A stretch of DNA of 64,000 bases, filler included, from Candidatus Hydrogenedentota bacterium (GCA_040752395.1; 21 parts of 21 records of this genome joined end to end with filler, not necessarily neighbours in it), one strand, 5' to 3'. Shown: positions 31,573 to 43,192, numbered from the whole stretch's first letter. The notes: generated by a model not told the origin, from the sequence alone. A program made the numbers and translations.

Positions 31573-31711
31573 TCCAGCCGGCTGTAGTCCGTAGCCCGTA
31601 GCCTGTAGCCTGTCCTGACACCTCTCACTTCTTCCGTTATCTTGCTTCTTGCTTCTTGCCTCTTGCTTCTACTTGATATTATTATAGTTACAATGTTTTT
31701 CAGAGGAGACC
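31573..31711 (+). repeat. Composite repeat, right part, abutting the clpX stop codon
   Basis: CAGCCGGCTG hairpin...TTTTTCAGAGGAGACC. Confidence 0.95.
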
Positions 31712-32961
31712 TATGCTGATTCAACTTGTTTTTTGGCTACAAAAGTATATAATGGTTTTTTATTAGCCGTGATTACCTCTTCTGTTATAATAATTTTTTC
31801 AATATTTTTAAGAGTGGGTGCTTCAAACATAATATTTGTCATTATTTCTTCGAGGATAGCTCGTAGTCCACGAGCACCGGATTGTCGTTTTTGTGCTTTT
31901 TTTGCCACGGCTTTTATAGCATCTTCTTTAAGATAAAGTTTAATATTATCGAGCTCAAATAATTTTTGATATTGTTTTACTATGGCGTTTTTAGGTTCTA
32001 CAAGTATTCTACACAAAGCCTCTTCACTTAGTTCAGAGAGCGTTGCTATAACTGGCATTCTGCCTATAAATTCAGGTATAAACCCGTATTTTAACAAATC
32101 TTCAGGCTGGACATCACTTAGTATCTCACCTATGGGTTTTTCTTCCTGTTTTTTAATGACTGCGCTATAACCAATTAAGTTCTGGCCCTTTCGTTTCTCA
32201 ATAATTTTATCAAGTCCAACAAATGCTCCGCCACAAATAAAAAGAATATGTTCTGTATTTAACTGGATGTATTCCTGGTGGGGATGTTTTCTACCCCCTT
32301 GAGGCGGAACATTTGCTACGGTTCCTTCAAGAATTTTTAGTAAGGCCTGCTGGACACCTTCACCAGATACGTCTCTTGTTATAGATGGCGAATCGGTCTT
32401 TCTTGAGATTTTGTCAATTTCGTCTATATAAACTATACCGTGTTGTGCACGATTCACGTCATAATCAGCGGCCTGGACGAGTCGCAGTAAAATGTTCTCA
32501 ACGTCCTCACCAACATAACCCGCCTCAGTTAAAGGCGTAGCGTCTGTTATTGCGAAAGGTACGTCTAAAATTCTTGCAAGGGTTCTTGCAAGCAAAGTTT
32601 TACCAACACCTGTAGGACCTATAAGTAAAATGTTTGATTTTTCGAGTTCGACATCATCCTTTTTCTTTGGTGAATTAATTCTTTTATAGTGATTATACAC
32701 AGCAACCGAGAGCTTCTTTTTTGCGTTTTCCTGACCAATGACATATTTATCAAGTTCGTGTTTAATTTGTTCAGGTGTTTTAAGTTGGCCAAGTCCTGGA
32801 GCTGATTCTTCCCAGTCTTCTGAAATAATACTCTGGCAGAGATTTACGCATTCATCGCAGATATAAATACCAGGACCTGCTATAAGTTTCTTTACCTGAT
32901 TTTTAGGTTTACCGCAGAAACTGCAAAAAAAATCTTCTTTATTATCTCCGAAATTATACAT
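31711..32961 (-). CDS. clpX: ATP-dependent Clp protease ATPase subunit ClpX
   Basis: CSFCGK zinc finger, [19 protein letters not shown] and [10 protein letters not shown]. Confidence 0.98.
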   Translation of the reverse strand: MYNFGDNKEDFFCSFCGKPKNQVKKLIAGPGIYICDECVNLCQSIISEDWEESAPGLGQLKTPEQIKHELDKYVIGQENAKKKLSVAVYNHYKRINSPKKKDDVELEKSNILLIGPTGVGKTLLARTLARILDVPFAITDATPLTEAGYVGEDVENILLRLVQAADYDVNRAQHGIVYIDEIDKISRKTDSPSITRDVSGEGVQQALLKILEGTVANVPPQGGRKHPHQEYIQLNTEHILFICGGAFVGLDKIIEKRKGQNLIGYSAVIKKQEEKPIGEILSDVQPEDLLKYGFIPEFIGRMPVIATLSELSEEALCRILVEPKNAIVKQYQKLFELDNIKLYLKEDAIKAVAKKAQKRQSGARGLRAILEEIMTNIMFEAPTLKNIEKIIITEEVITANKKPLYTFVAKKQVESA

Positions 32962-33010
32962 AGATCGCTCCTCTCTCAAGATAAAAGTGGATAGTCCAGA
33001 GTCGTAAAAG

Positions 33011-33140
33011 AGGTCTCTTTTAAAAGTCGTTTTTCAGGCACAAAGGCACAAAGTTTTTTTAGGCTTTTTATATCCCTTTGTGCCTCTTTTGCCTTTAGCA
33101 CTTTGTAACCCATGAGCAAAATAGTGTTTTTCAGAGATCT
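33011..33140. repeat. MITE-like palindrome with GGCACAAA/TTTGTGCC arms
   Basis: AGGTCTCTTTTAAAA...TTTTTCAGAGATCT imperfect terminal IRs; related copies at 50749 and 19136-19204. Confidence 0.7.
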
Positions 33141-33266
33141 CATGACTTAGGACTGACGATTCAGGANNNNNNNNNNNNNNNNNNNNNNNNNNNNNNNNNN
33201 NNNNNNNNNNTTAATTAATTAANNNNNNNNNNNNNNNNNNNNNNNNNNNNNNNNNNNNNNNNNNNN

Positions 33267-34858
33267 TAATGCCTGGATAATATTTGATAAGATTAACCTC
33301 TTTTTCACAACTAACACCGATGTTTAGTTCAGGAACAATCTCTATCTCTCCTATCTCCAGAGAAACAAAATGTCCTTTGAATAACCCTTCATCAAAATCT
33401 GAGAAATTTATTTTTTCAGGAACAAGTTTTATATTAGAATTAGTTGTTAATGAAACCATACCCTTTCTTTTATTTAAATCGACACATCTATTACCGTAGC
33501 CATCCACGACCTCAAGGATAAGCTGGAAGATTTCACCAACTTTAATTTCATCAGGATAAGAGACGTTAACTTTAGCCGGTGGTCCGGGTGATACATAAAT
33601 CTTTCCACTCTCAAACCACACCTTACCTTTATCATCAAGAACCCTGAGCACTGTTTCACCAGCTCTATTAAAGAGGAGTTTGATTATGCCTGAGGTGTTT
33701 TTCAGTGTCAGATCACCTTCTTTTATCGGAACATCAACACCGCTTTTAGCATCAACAATTTTCAATTTTATCTCCTGGTCTTGTTTAGTAAGATTAGCAT
33801 ATTTATCAAGAACAAAGTATTGTATCTCCACAGGTTCAGCTGAAGGGTATGAGGTATTATAAGATAATTCAATACTTTGCGGGATATCAGGTAGTATTTC
33901 TATTTCTTCAGAATAACCGCGGCTTTGTGCATTTCTTTCAGCAACTACGAGTCGTGTCTTTTCAGCTATATAATATCTACCCTCAATTTTCGCCACACCA
34001 TTTATAAACTCACTGGAAGATATTACTGCAGGAATCATAACACCTTCACCAATGGATGATATCTCTACATCGTTGCCAAATTCTGAATATTTTGTTACAA
34101 GGTTATTAAACTCGTCATAGGCTTCAATCTTTATCGGGATATTATCTCCTGCTTTTGCGCTGTTGGGTAAAACAATTTTAAAATTATCAGTTCTGCCGGC
34201 AAAAATATTAACAGCTTCTGTCTTTGTCTCGATACCAGTTGTTATGTCTTTAACTGTAATTGTTATTTCGCCTGATTTTTCATAGACGGCCTCGATTTTA
34301 GCTCTGCCTCGTTTGAACTCAGATAACGGTACCAATGCGGGTGAAAATTTACCATCTCCCGAAGTGAATAATTCTACCGCCCCTTCATTTTCGCAGAAGC
34401 TTTCTATAACATTATCTGCAGCATCAAGAGCAGAGATATTCATAATAAAAGGTTCTCCTGAAAATATAATATCCTGTAACTCTATTTTAAATCGTTTCAA
34501 AGGGCCAAAATAAGAATTCAACGTTCTGCTCGTAGTTTTTAATCCTAAAGCAGGAGAGAATATCTCTATCTGAAATAAAGAAAGGCCGCTGTAAGTTGCT
34601 TTACCTTTGAATTCACCATCTATAAATTTATCAAGTGTTATAATCTCTGATGAAAATTTTTCTTCCATACCTGATATAATCTTAAGATATATCCGTGTAT
34701 CGCTTATCTCTTTTAATAATGGTTTCACATCAACTCGATTATTAAATTTATCAACAATATTAAGCTCGAATTCAAAAGCCTCACCTGAATAAACCTCATC
34801 CTTTATTACCTTGAACTCAAACCCTGCTGGTTTACCGGGTAAAGATATTATCTTCTCG
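33267..34858 (-). CDS. Large tandem Ig-like repeat protein (internal fragment)
   Basis: Repeated AG..F.I.I.A.D...N and F..G.A units. Confidence 0.75.
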
Positions 34859-35007
34859 NNNNNNNNNNNNNNNNNNNNNNNNNNNNNNNNNNNNNNNNNN
34901 NNTTAATTAATTAANNNNNNNNNNNNNNNNNNNNNNNNNNNNNNNNNNNNNNNNNNNNATCTACTCTTGACAGATTATAATAATATGATTTAGTGATCAG
35001 TTATAGT

Positions 35008-35133
35008 TAGAAGCAAGAGGCAAGATAATTGGGTTATTGCGTTTTTGCGCTCTACACAAAGGATGAAAAACCAGATGTTTGTTTATCTTGCTTCTACTTG
35101 ATATTATTAGAGTTACAAAGTTTTTCAGAGGAG
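35008..35133 (+). repeat. Composite repeat, short variant
   Basis: Matches 12922-13014. Confidence 0.93.
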
Positions 35134-35140
35134 ATCATTG

Positions 35141-35950
35141 ATGAGATATTTTATTAATTTTAGATTAGTACCTTTGATCGTATTATTATTTATCCTGGGT
35201 TGTTTTGGAGGAAAGATTATTGAGCGCCGACCCGACCCTGAAATCGAACGATTAAATCGTGAAATAGATGCTCTGGAATCTGCAAGAGATGAGGAGATAA
35301 CTAATATCTCTGATGAGAGTGAAAGAAGACTTAAAATTCTCTGGAAAGAACTTGAAAGACTTAAACAAAAACATAAAGATGAATTGGGCAACAATAAAGT
35401 TTTGTATGAACAGAAACTTAAAGAACTTGAAGAAAAAATAGTAGAATTACGAAAGAAAAATCTTGACGAACTTAAACAGCTGCAGATTGAAAAAGAAGCG
35501 CTTGAAAAAGAACTCGAAAAATATGCGAAAACAGGTGATGTAACTATTTTCAAAACTGATGAAGGCATCACTGTAAGGTTCCCGGATAGAGTTTTTTTTG
35601 ATTCAGGTAAAGCAGTTATTAAACCAGAAGGCAAAGAAGTACTTGATAAAGTTATAAATGTTATAAAAAAATTCCAGGAAAGAGAGATAAGAATCGAGGG
35701 ACATACTGATAATGTCCCCATTAATACTTATTTATTTCCTTCTAACTGGGAGCTCTCTACAGGTCGCTCAGTTGTTGTCTTGAGGTATCTTGTTGAAAAA
35801 GGGGGGGTTTCACCGTTAAAAGTTTCGGCTATTGGGTATGGAGAGTATCATCCTATTACAACAAATGATACTGATGAAGGTAGAGCAAAAAACCGCCGGG
35901 TTGATATTATATTTATATCTAAACAAGGAGAAGAAGACATAAGCCAGTAA
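35141..35950 (+). CDS. OmpA/MotB-family lipoprotein with coiled coil
   Basis: ILGC lipobox, FFDSGKA, IEGHTD, SNWELS.GR and KNRRVDI. Confidence 0.92.
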   Translation: MRYFINFRLVPLIVLLFILGCFGGKIIERRPDPEIERLNREIDALESARDEEITNISDESERRLKILWKELERLKQKHKDELGNNKVLYEQKLKELEEKIVELRKKNLDELKQLQIEKEALEKELEKYAKTGDVTIFKTDEGITVRFPDRVFFDSGKAVIKPEGKEVLDKVINVIKKFQEREIRIEGHTDNVPINTYLFPSNWELSTGRSVVVLRYLVEKGGVSPLKVSAIGYGEYHPITTNDTDEGRAKNRRVDIIFISKQGEEDISQ

Positions 35951-36300
35951 TGAAGAAAGTATTAATTGTTGAGGATGAAAATAATTTGTTAAAATTATAT
36001 GATATGGAGTTTAATGATGCAGGGTTTGAGGTCCACGGCTGCTCAACAAAAGCTGAAACACTCGAGTATCTGAAAAATAACAACCCCGATATTATTATTC
36101 TTGATATAAAGCTTCCTGATAATAAAGGATCCGAACTCCTTTTAAAAATAAAAGAAGTTAAAAATGAGATACCTGTTATTATTTATACCGCATATACTAA
36201 TCTACGGCATGACAGGAATTTCTGGGCAGCTGATGATTTTGTTATCAAATCAGGCGACATCTTTGAACTGATTACAAAAGTTAAAACTAAATTACTCTAA
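35950..36300 (+). CDS. Single-domain response regulator
   Basis: VLIVEDE, ILDIKLP, IYTAY and FVIKS. Confidence 0.92.
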   Translation: MKKVLIVEDENNLLKLYDMEFNDAGFEVHGCSTKAETLEYLKNNNPDIIILDIKLPDNKGSELLLKIKEVKNEIPVIIYTAYTNLRHDRNFWAADDFVIKSGDIFELITKVKTKLL

Positions 36301-36319
36301 TATCGGTCAGGTTACTTTT

Positions 36320-36524
36320 AGAGGCACAGAGGCACAAAGTATGAAAAAGATAGGAGTTAGGAGTTCGTAATAATAGCTCCGAACTCCGAACTTCGAACTT
36401 TTTCGAAGGAGTACCCATGAGCGCGGTTTGCGCTCTACACTATTGGGTTTTTGGGTTATTGGGTTATTGCGTTATTGCGTTTTTGCGTTATCTTGCTTTC
36501 CGTTATCTTGCTTCTTGCCTCTTG
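36320..36524 (+). repeat. Repeat mosaic plus composite-repeat left end
   Basis: GGCACAGA, GGAGTT/AACTCC hairpin, TTTTTCGAAGGAG-TACC-CATGAGCGC and TTGGGTTA tract. Confidence 0.95.
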
Positions 36525-36885
36525 NNNNNNNNNNNNNNNNNNNNNNNNNNNNNNNNNNNNNNNNNNNNTTAATTAATTAANNNNNNNNNNNNNNNNNNNN
36601 NNNNNNNNNNNNNNNNNNNNNNNNTTATTATTAATCTCCGTCAATCCAATAACCATTAGTGCGGTAAAATCGAACCATGTAGAAATTAAGTTCTTTTAAA
36701 TAAATGAGTTACAGACATGCTCTTAGCTTTTCTGGCTATGCGTCAGAAGTCAGGAATAATTTACCCGTTAGTTTAAACAGCCCTGACGGCGCGCAAACCT
36801 ACAAATACAATGACGCCGGTATGAGAACTAAAAAATATTATAGTAACGGTCATGACTACTATTTGCAGGACAATGCCGGCAATGC

Positions 36886-37426
36886 CCTGAGTTTTGACAA
36901 TTAGTGCGGTATGAGCATCCAAGGTTTTACCAATTCAGCAAAGGCTTAGGGGCCTCTGAAGCTTATTCAAAAAATTTTTGTGTAACGGGAGTTAATAAAT
37001 AGGATAAGGTAATAAGGTTTATTTAGTTGTTCTTAGTTCTTGTTACTAAGGTTAGAACATATAATATAATAAGGTTTGCCAAACGAGATTTAGTGACAGA
37101 ATAATTTCGAGGTTATCATCATCAGACGCATACCAATCTCTAAGATTAACAGAAGGCGGCTTGCATAAAGAAAACCTTATTTAAGTCAATAACCTTAGTA
37201 ACAAAAAGAACGTTGAAAACAATAACCTTATTCCCTTATTGTTTTGTTGTTTGTAACTTTTATTGGAGAAGAAATGATGAATGTTTTTTTGTGAGATTAT
37301 TGTTAATCTCTGAGAATCCACTAACAATTAGTGCGGTAAAATCGAACCATGTAGAAATTAAGTTCTTTTAAATAAATAAGTTACAGACATGCTCTTTGCG
37401 TTTTCGGATATGCGTCAGAAGTCAGG
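36886..37426. mobile_element. Non-autonomous IS1634-like element (CCTGA...TCAGG); a second right end lies at 36651-36754
   Basis: ~105-bp direct repeat at 36651-36754 and 37323-37426; ATTAGTGCG subterminal motif shared with the IS1634 end at 18665. Confidence 0.6.
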
Positions 37427-37661
37427 AGTAATTTCTAAATAGAATTAATGAAGGATGTCTTTTTCCCCATTTAGAAAGTAAATATCCAAAATCAGTATCA
37501 GCCGAAATTATTATTCTGTTTTCTTCATAAGCTACTTTAAATATATTTTCATCTGTAGAGGCATGTAGATTCAACTCACCAACATGCTCTGAGTCATATC
37601 CTAATTCATTTATAAGATTTGATAATTTACGGGAAAGATTATTGTCAACCCAAAATTTCAT
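37422..37661 (-). pseudogene. DUF5615 PIN-like toxin, truncated by the element end
   Basis: MKFWVDNNLS, TDENI and IISADTDFG; ORF stops at the TCAGG terminus. Confidence 0.8.
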
Positions 37662-37888
37662 TACATAGCTAAAGGAATTTCTCTGACCCTCATTACTTCA
37701 GACGCATATCGCAAAGCTTCAAATATATCATCCTTTTCTAACTCCGGGTGTTCATTCAGAATATCCTTAATTGAGTAACCATCTGCCAGCATCGCAATTA
37801 GAGTAGCAATCGGCATTCTCAAATTTCTTATGCATGGAACACCTCCCATTTTTTGGGGATCGATTGATATTCTTTTGTACTTTTCCAT
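37661..37888 (-). CDS. DUF433 antitoxin
   Basis: RISIDPQKMGGVPCIRNLR...HPELEKDDIFEALRYA. Confidence 0.92.
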   Translation of the reverse strand: MEKYKRISIDPQKMGGVPCIRNLRMPIATLIAMLADGYSIKDILNEHPELEKDDIFEALRYASEVMRVREIPLAM

Positions 37889-38292
37889 TGCTATTATCCA
37901 ATTTAACATAAAAATAATACATTTATCTTTTATAAAAATCAATCACCAATAAGATATATATTTTCCATCAACGGTGATGGTGCGACTCCAGATAAAATAC
38001 TTGGGACAAGCTATGACAGCCGACTTAAGAATTTGAGCTTCCGATAGTGTGATGTCCCATAAATAAGTATATGGAGAATTATAGATAAATTCTTTAAACA
38101 TGACCTCACTCTAATCTTTCTCCTAAGAGGAGAGAGACTTATTGGTAATAAAACGATAAATGATAATATTCTGTCAGAAAAATTATNNNNNNNNNNNNNN
38201 NNNNNNNNNNNNNNNNNNNNNNNNNNNNNNTTAATTAATTAANNNNNNNNNNNNNNNNNNNNNNNNNNNNNNNNNNNNNNNNNNNNTGAACA

Positions 38293-38449
38293 CTCTCGGA
38301 TAAAATTGAGCGTTGATTTTATTAGCCTTTCCGAGCAGATAATTCCTTCTTCACCCCCACCGAAGGAACAAGGATCAAGGTGCAAGGAACAAGATTACTC
38401 TACCTTGCTCCTTTCTCCTTGAACCTTGAACCTTATTTTTATCCGAGAG
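38293..38449. repeat. Palindromic element with CAAGG/CCTTG heptamer arms
   Basis: Perfect 13-bp IR CTCTCGGATAAAA/TTTTATCCGAGAG enclosing CAAGGNN x3 and CCTTGNN x3. Confidence 0.75.
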
Positions 38450-38608
38450 GCTTCATTTTGTCCATTTGTCCTCCACTTTCGCTCCTTAAGTTACATTCTG
38501 GCTCAACAACATTTTTGATACTAATATTCAAACTTACCTGTTGATAGCCGATGCCGAAAGTCGGCGGGTAACAGTCAGGTGTAGTATGTTGTTAGAAATG
38601 TTCTCCTC

Positions 38609-39163
38609 TTAAAATATTTCTGTCAGGCTAAAGGCTATATCTTTCAGCAATTCTGACCTGACTATATCCCCTACTTTATAATTACCAATCTCTTCATAAG
38701 CCTTGCCGGTATGAGAAAATATCTGAAGTGTCTTTTTATCTACATCGACTATCCAGTATTCTTGAACCCGATAGATCTCATAAAGTCTCTTTTTTAGCAG
38801 TTTATCTATTTTTTGGGTATAAGGAGAGGTAATTTCAATAATTAAATCAGGCACACCTTCGATGCACTTATCAGTAATGATAGACAACTTCGCAGTAGAG
38901 ATAAAAAATATATCTGGTTGAACTACATTCTCATCAGAAAAGACAACATCACAAGGGGCATAAAATACCTCCCCTAAATTACTTCTGGTAATAAATTCGT
39001 CAATAATTTTACCAAGTTTTCTTATAATCCTTTGATGATACGGAACTGGTGCTGGACTCATATAAACCTCCCCCTGTATTATTTGATACCTTTTCCCATT
39101 ATCGGGAAACTGGACATAATCTTGATATGTCCATTTTTCTTCCTCTGTGGCTACTGTTGACAT
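38609..39163 (-). CDS. Uma2-family endonuclease
   Basis: WTYQDY, MSPAP..HQ, VQPDI, PDLIIEI.SP and EYWIVD. Confidence 0.93.
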   Translation of the reverse strand: MSTVATEEEKWTYQDYVQFPDNGKRYQIIQGEVYMSPAPVPYHQRIIRKLGKIIDEFITRSNLGEVFYAPCDVVFSDENVVQPDIFFISTAKLSIITDKCIEGVPDLIIEITSPYTQKIDKLLKKRLYEIYRVQEYWIVDVDKKTLQIFSHTGKAYEEIGNYKVGDIVRSELLKDIAFSLTEIF

Positions 39164-40043
39164 TGATTTTCCTCCCTGCTTCTCTTAAAGTCTCCTGCAA
39201 GGTTTGAAAAACTTTGCAGGTAGTTGTTTTTTCACTATTTAAGAAGACACTATTACTATAATACACTTTTGCTTTACCAAATTAATCATACTTGTAATGA
39301 ATTATCAACTTAAAAAATCTTTTTTCATTTATTGACTCTCTCTATTTTCTTATTTCAATCTTAACAAAAAAAGAAGAATTTGTCAACAAAGTTTTTCACG
39401 AAACCAAAAAGACTCTAATCTTAATGGTTATGAAGAACAAAGATGCTATAAACATTTCGCCCTTACAGGGCTAACCAGTAATATTACATTCCATTAGCCC
39501 CGTAGGGGTAATATGTTTATAGAAAAGATTCAACACACAAAGTTAGCTCCAGAGGAGCGAAATATCAATTTATGGCATTCAGGCACGCTAACCACTTTTG
39601 AACATCAACTAAAGTGTCTGGTTAAGCCTATTCTAATGAGCATCATTGAGATTTCCAGGTTTAAAAGAACGAGATATATTGGTAACAACATTATCATACT
39701 CCTGGAGTTTCGTGAATTTTTTATGATTCCTTTTACCTTTAATCTTTGCGTTCTTTGCGGTCGATTTCTTTGCGTTCTTTGCGGTTAAAAAAGGATAAAT
39801 CGCAAAGGACACAAAGTAGTAACGCAAANNNNNNNNNNNNNNNNNNNNNNNNNNNNNNNNNNNNNNNNNNNNTTAATTAATTAANNNNNNNNNNNNNNNN
39901 NNNNNNNNNNNNNNNNNNNNNNNNNNNNTTATCCTCATCCTTATCCCCAGGGCACTCATCAGCCAGGGTATAAGAATGGGAGAGAAAGATAAACAAAAGA
40001 AGGGAAAAGATAAATTTGGTCATTTTTTTATTTATCTTCATTT

Positions 40044-40865
40044 CTAAACTGCCCTTTCTTTCTTTTCAAAATTTTTCAATTTATATAAATACTCCCCCAG
40101 ACATCCACCAATTACTCCACTTATAACAGGTATTAAAAAATCAATAATGAAATTAAGATAGCCTCTTGTTAAAACAGATTTAATTACAAGAAATCCTAGT
40201 ATACTTCCATATATCCAACTTTTCTGATGCGCTACCCATCCCATAAATAAACCACCAATTAAATAAGGAATAGAATTATAAATCATTATTATTGACCAAA
40301 AAGATGTGAATGGATTATTTGTCGGTTTAAGTATTGTCCAAAAAAGATAGGTTGCTAATAATTTGGTAATTACTATACCTGAAACTACAATCAATATTCT
40401 TTTTCTCCATTCTGTTTCTACAATATATTCTCCTAAGTATCCACTTAAAATCCCACTAAAAAGAGTTATTGTGAGTAAAAATGACTTATATAAATTAAAT
40501 CCAATTTTTGCATAATAACCTATATTCCCCGGTCTTTGAAATTCAGCATAACCCAATATTTCCATTTGTAGACATAATGCAATAAAAATTCCTGTTAGAA
40601 TAGTTGTCAAAACAACCGTTATACCTCCATACAACCACCCTTTCTTTTTAACTATCAGTCCAACTACTAATCCGCCTACAAATGAAGAAAAGCCATAGTT
40701 AAAAAAATCGATTAAGAAGGTTTTTATTTTTGATAATAAAGGTGTATAAATAGGACTAATTGTTTGATTTCCTATTGTTTCCGTTGTAATTATTAACCAT
40801 ATCGGTGGATTCAATAAGTATATTACCACCATTCCTGCAATTACACCCAAAATTTTTCTCCACAT
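40044..40865 (-). CDS. Multi-pass membrane protein with internal duplication (candidate Rhs immunity)
   Basis: Two GG...G....K.W.YG ... GYLGE units; directly follows the Rhs tip. Confidence 0.7.
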   Translation of the reverse strand: MWRKILGVIAGMVVIYLLNPPIWLIITTETIGNQTISPIYTPLLSKIKTFLIDFFNYGFSSFVGGLVVGLIVKKKGWLYGGITVVLTTILTGIFIALCLQMEILGYAEFQRPGNIGYYAKIGFNLYKSFLLTITLFSGILSGYLGEYIVETEWRKRILIVVSGIVITKLLATYLFWTILKPTNNPFTSFWSIIMIYNSIPYLIGGLFMGWVAHQKSWIYGSILGFLVIKSVLTRGYLNFIIDFLIPVISGVIGGCLGEYLYKLKNFEKKERAV

Positions 40866-40881
40866 TATTCTTCTATTATTT

Positions 40882-41320
40882 TTAAAATCTTGGAGGATTT
40901 TCTATACATGTAGGATATTCTCTTCCGGGTCCTCCCACTACAGTCCCTCCTGTTATCGCTGTAGCTGATTTTTCTTTCATTTCACGAATAAATGGTTCTT
41001 CTGTAACAATTTCCTCGGTTTTTGTTTTACATTCAACCTTATCACATTTCTTCTCACAACAAAATTGAGTTTTAATAATAGTTGTAACCTTCATCCCTCT
41101 GGTTCTAGAAACAAAATATCTTTCCCATATACATCGAGAATGATAAACAGGAAAATCAATAATAATAGCCTTGCAGAGTTCCCATGGGGTTACAGACCAT
41201 TCTGGAGGTTCTGTAGCACGAAATGTTACATTTGTTTTTGTCATAAGGGTTATACACCAGAGTCCATAAGGATCTATCAAATTTATAGGGTTATTGACAC
41301 AATAAGCATATAAATTTCTA
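40882..41320 (-). pseudogene. Orphan Rhs C-terminal toxin module
   Basis: NLYAYCVNNPINLIDPYGL core motif, then a ~125-aa Cys-rich tip; in-frame stop just upstream. Confidence 0.8.
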
Positions 41321-41567
41321 TATTTCGCTACCTTTGCGTTGGATTGCTTTATGATAAGATATTATATCAAAATATCAAAAACTTTTTCATAAAAATCCAA
41401 TTTTTATAAATTTTACCTTCCTTTTTCTCTTGATTATTCCCCTTAAAGACCTTCAAAGGGATAAATANNNNNNNNNNNNNNNNNNNNNNNNNNNNNNNNN
41501 NNNNNNNNNNNTTAATTAATTAANNNNNNNNNNNNNNNNNNNNNNNNNNNNNNNNNNNNNNNNNNNN

Positions 41568-42128
41568 ACTTATACTATCTTTTATTTCTAAATTATCTAA
41601 GATAACACTTAATCTATATTTATCACTTGTTACCATTTTTATTTTATTATTCCCTAATTCTAAATATATTCCACAAAATGGGATAAGTGTTTCATCCTGT
41701 GAGGCTGAAAATATAACCATTCTTATCATCTCTAGTAAAATATTTGAAAGAATTTTAAATTCTATATCCCATTTAATCTTTGGAAAGCTTGGAAATTCCT
41801 CAGGTGGTATTCCCATAAGATGAAATATAGAGCCTTTAGAACTTATTTTTGTTTTTAGATTATCTACATCTATTATAATTTCATCCTCTAAATTATTTAT
41901 AATCTCAGTAAGTTTTCTTCCTGGAAGGAGGATAGAACCATCTTTTTCTATATCTATTTTTTGTTTATATTTTATAGATATATTCATATCTGTCCCAATA
42001 GTTGTTAAATATCCATCTTTTGCTTCAAAAAAGAGATTATTTAATATAGGTATAGGCGATTTGATATTAGAAATCAAAGTTTTTTGAAGTTGATCCTGTA
42101 ATATCTCTTTTTTAGAAATTATTTTCAT
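41568..42128 (-). CDS. dnaN: DNA polymerase III beta clamp (5' part)
   Basis: PIPILNN, GTD, EEFPSFP and VTSDKYRL; downstream of dnaA. Confidence 0.92.
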
Positions 42129-42240
42129 AATAATAATAATAATGTGAAAATCTTAATAAGTCTACTTTTATTTTATATTTTAAATACTTATTATTAACAG
42201 CCATTTGTTAATAAAAATAATAATTTTTTTTATTAAAAGG

Positions 42241-43091
42241 TTATTCAGATATGCTTGTTGATAAATTATCTATTGTTATTTTTAGGTCTTTATTATATTG
42301 AAGTTTTTTTTCTATTTTATTACAAGCATAAAGGACGGTTGTATGGTCTTTTCCTCCAAATTCCCTTCCAATTTCAGGAAGGGAGAAATTTGTTAATTTT
42401 TTACAAAGATACATCGCAATATGCCTGGGAAGAATATTTGATGAGCTTCTATTTTTTGCTTTTATATCTTCAATTTTTATATTAAAGTATTTGGCTACTT
42501 TTTTTTGTATAGTGGATATAGAAATACTTAAATTCTCCTTTTTAGAGACCATATCCTTTAATATTCCCTCAATAATCTCAGGGGTAATTTTTTTTTCCTC
42601 TAATATATAGCGGGCAATTACCCTAATCATTACACCCTCTAATTCCCTAATATTGGTTTTTATTTTACCTGCTATAAAATGAAGGATATCCTCATCTATT
42701 TTTATATTTTCATTCTCCGTTATCCTTTTTAAAATTGCTATTCTTGTCTCCAGATCTGGTGGTTGAATGTCTGTCATTAAGCCACTTTCAAACCTTGATC
42801 TCAACCTTTCCTCAATAGTTGGAATATCCTTTGGTGGCCTATCAGAGGTTAAAACCATCTGCCTTCCCGATTCATAAAGGGTATTAAATGTATGGAAGAA
42901 TTCATCCTGTGTTTGCTCTTTTCCTTGCAAAAATTGAATATCATCAATTAAGAGGGTATTTATATTTCTATACTTTTCTTTGAATTTTAAAGGCTGATTA
43001 AATTGTATAGAATCAATAAACTCATTTGTAAATTGCTCGGTTGATACATAAATTATCTTTAAGGAAGGATTTTTTGAGAATATATGGCTTC
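42241..43091 (-). CDS. dnaA: Replication initiator DnaA (3' part)
   Basis: LIDDIQF, QDEFFHTFN, RLRSRF and FGGKDHTTVLYA. Confidence 0.97.
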
Positions 43092-43192
43092 NNNNNNNNN
43101 NNNNNNNNNNNNNNNNNNNNNNNNNNNNNNNNNNNTTAATTAATTAANNNNNNNNNNNNNNNNNNNNNNNNNNNNNNNNNNNNNNNNNNNNA

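Noticed and set aside
31317-31711. Apparently continuous repeat element across the N-gap
   Set aside because: Contigs are ordered artificially; both simply break inside the same high-copy repeat
42129-42265. oriC between dnaA and dnaN
   Set aside because: AT-rich with TTATTAACA-like 9-mers in both orientations but no perfect TTATCCACA boxes; too weak to call
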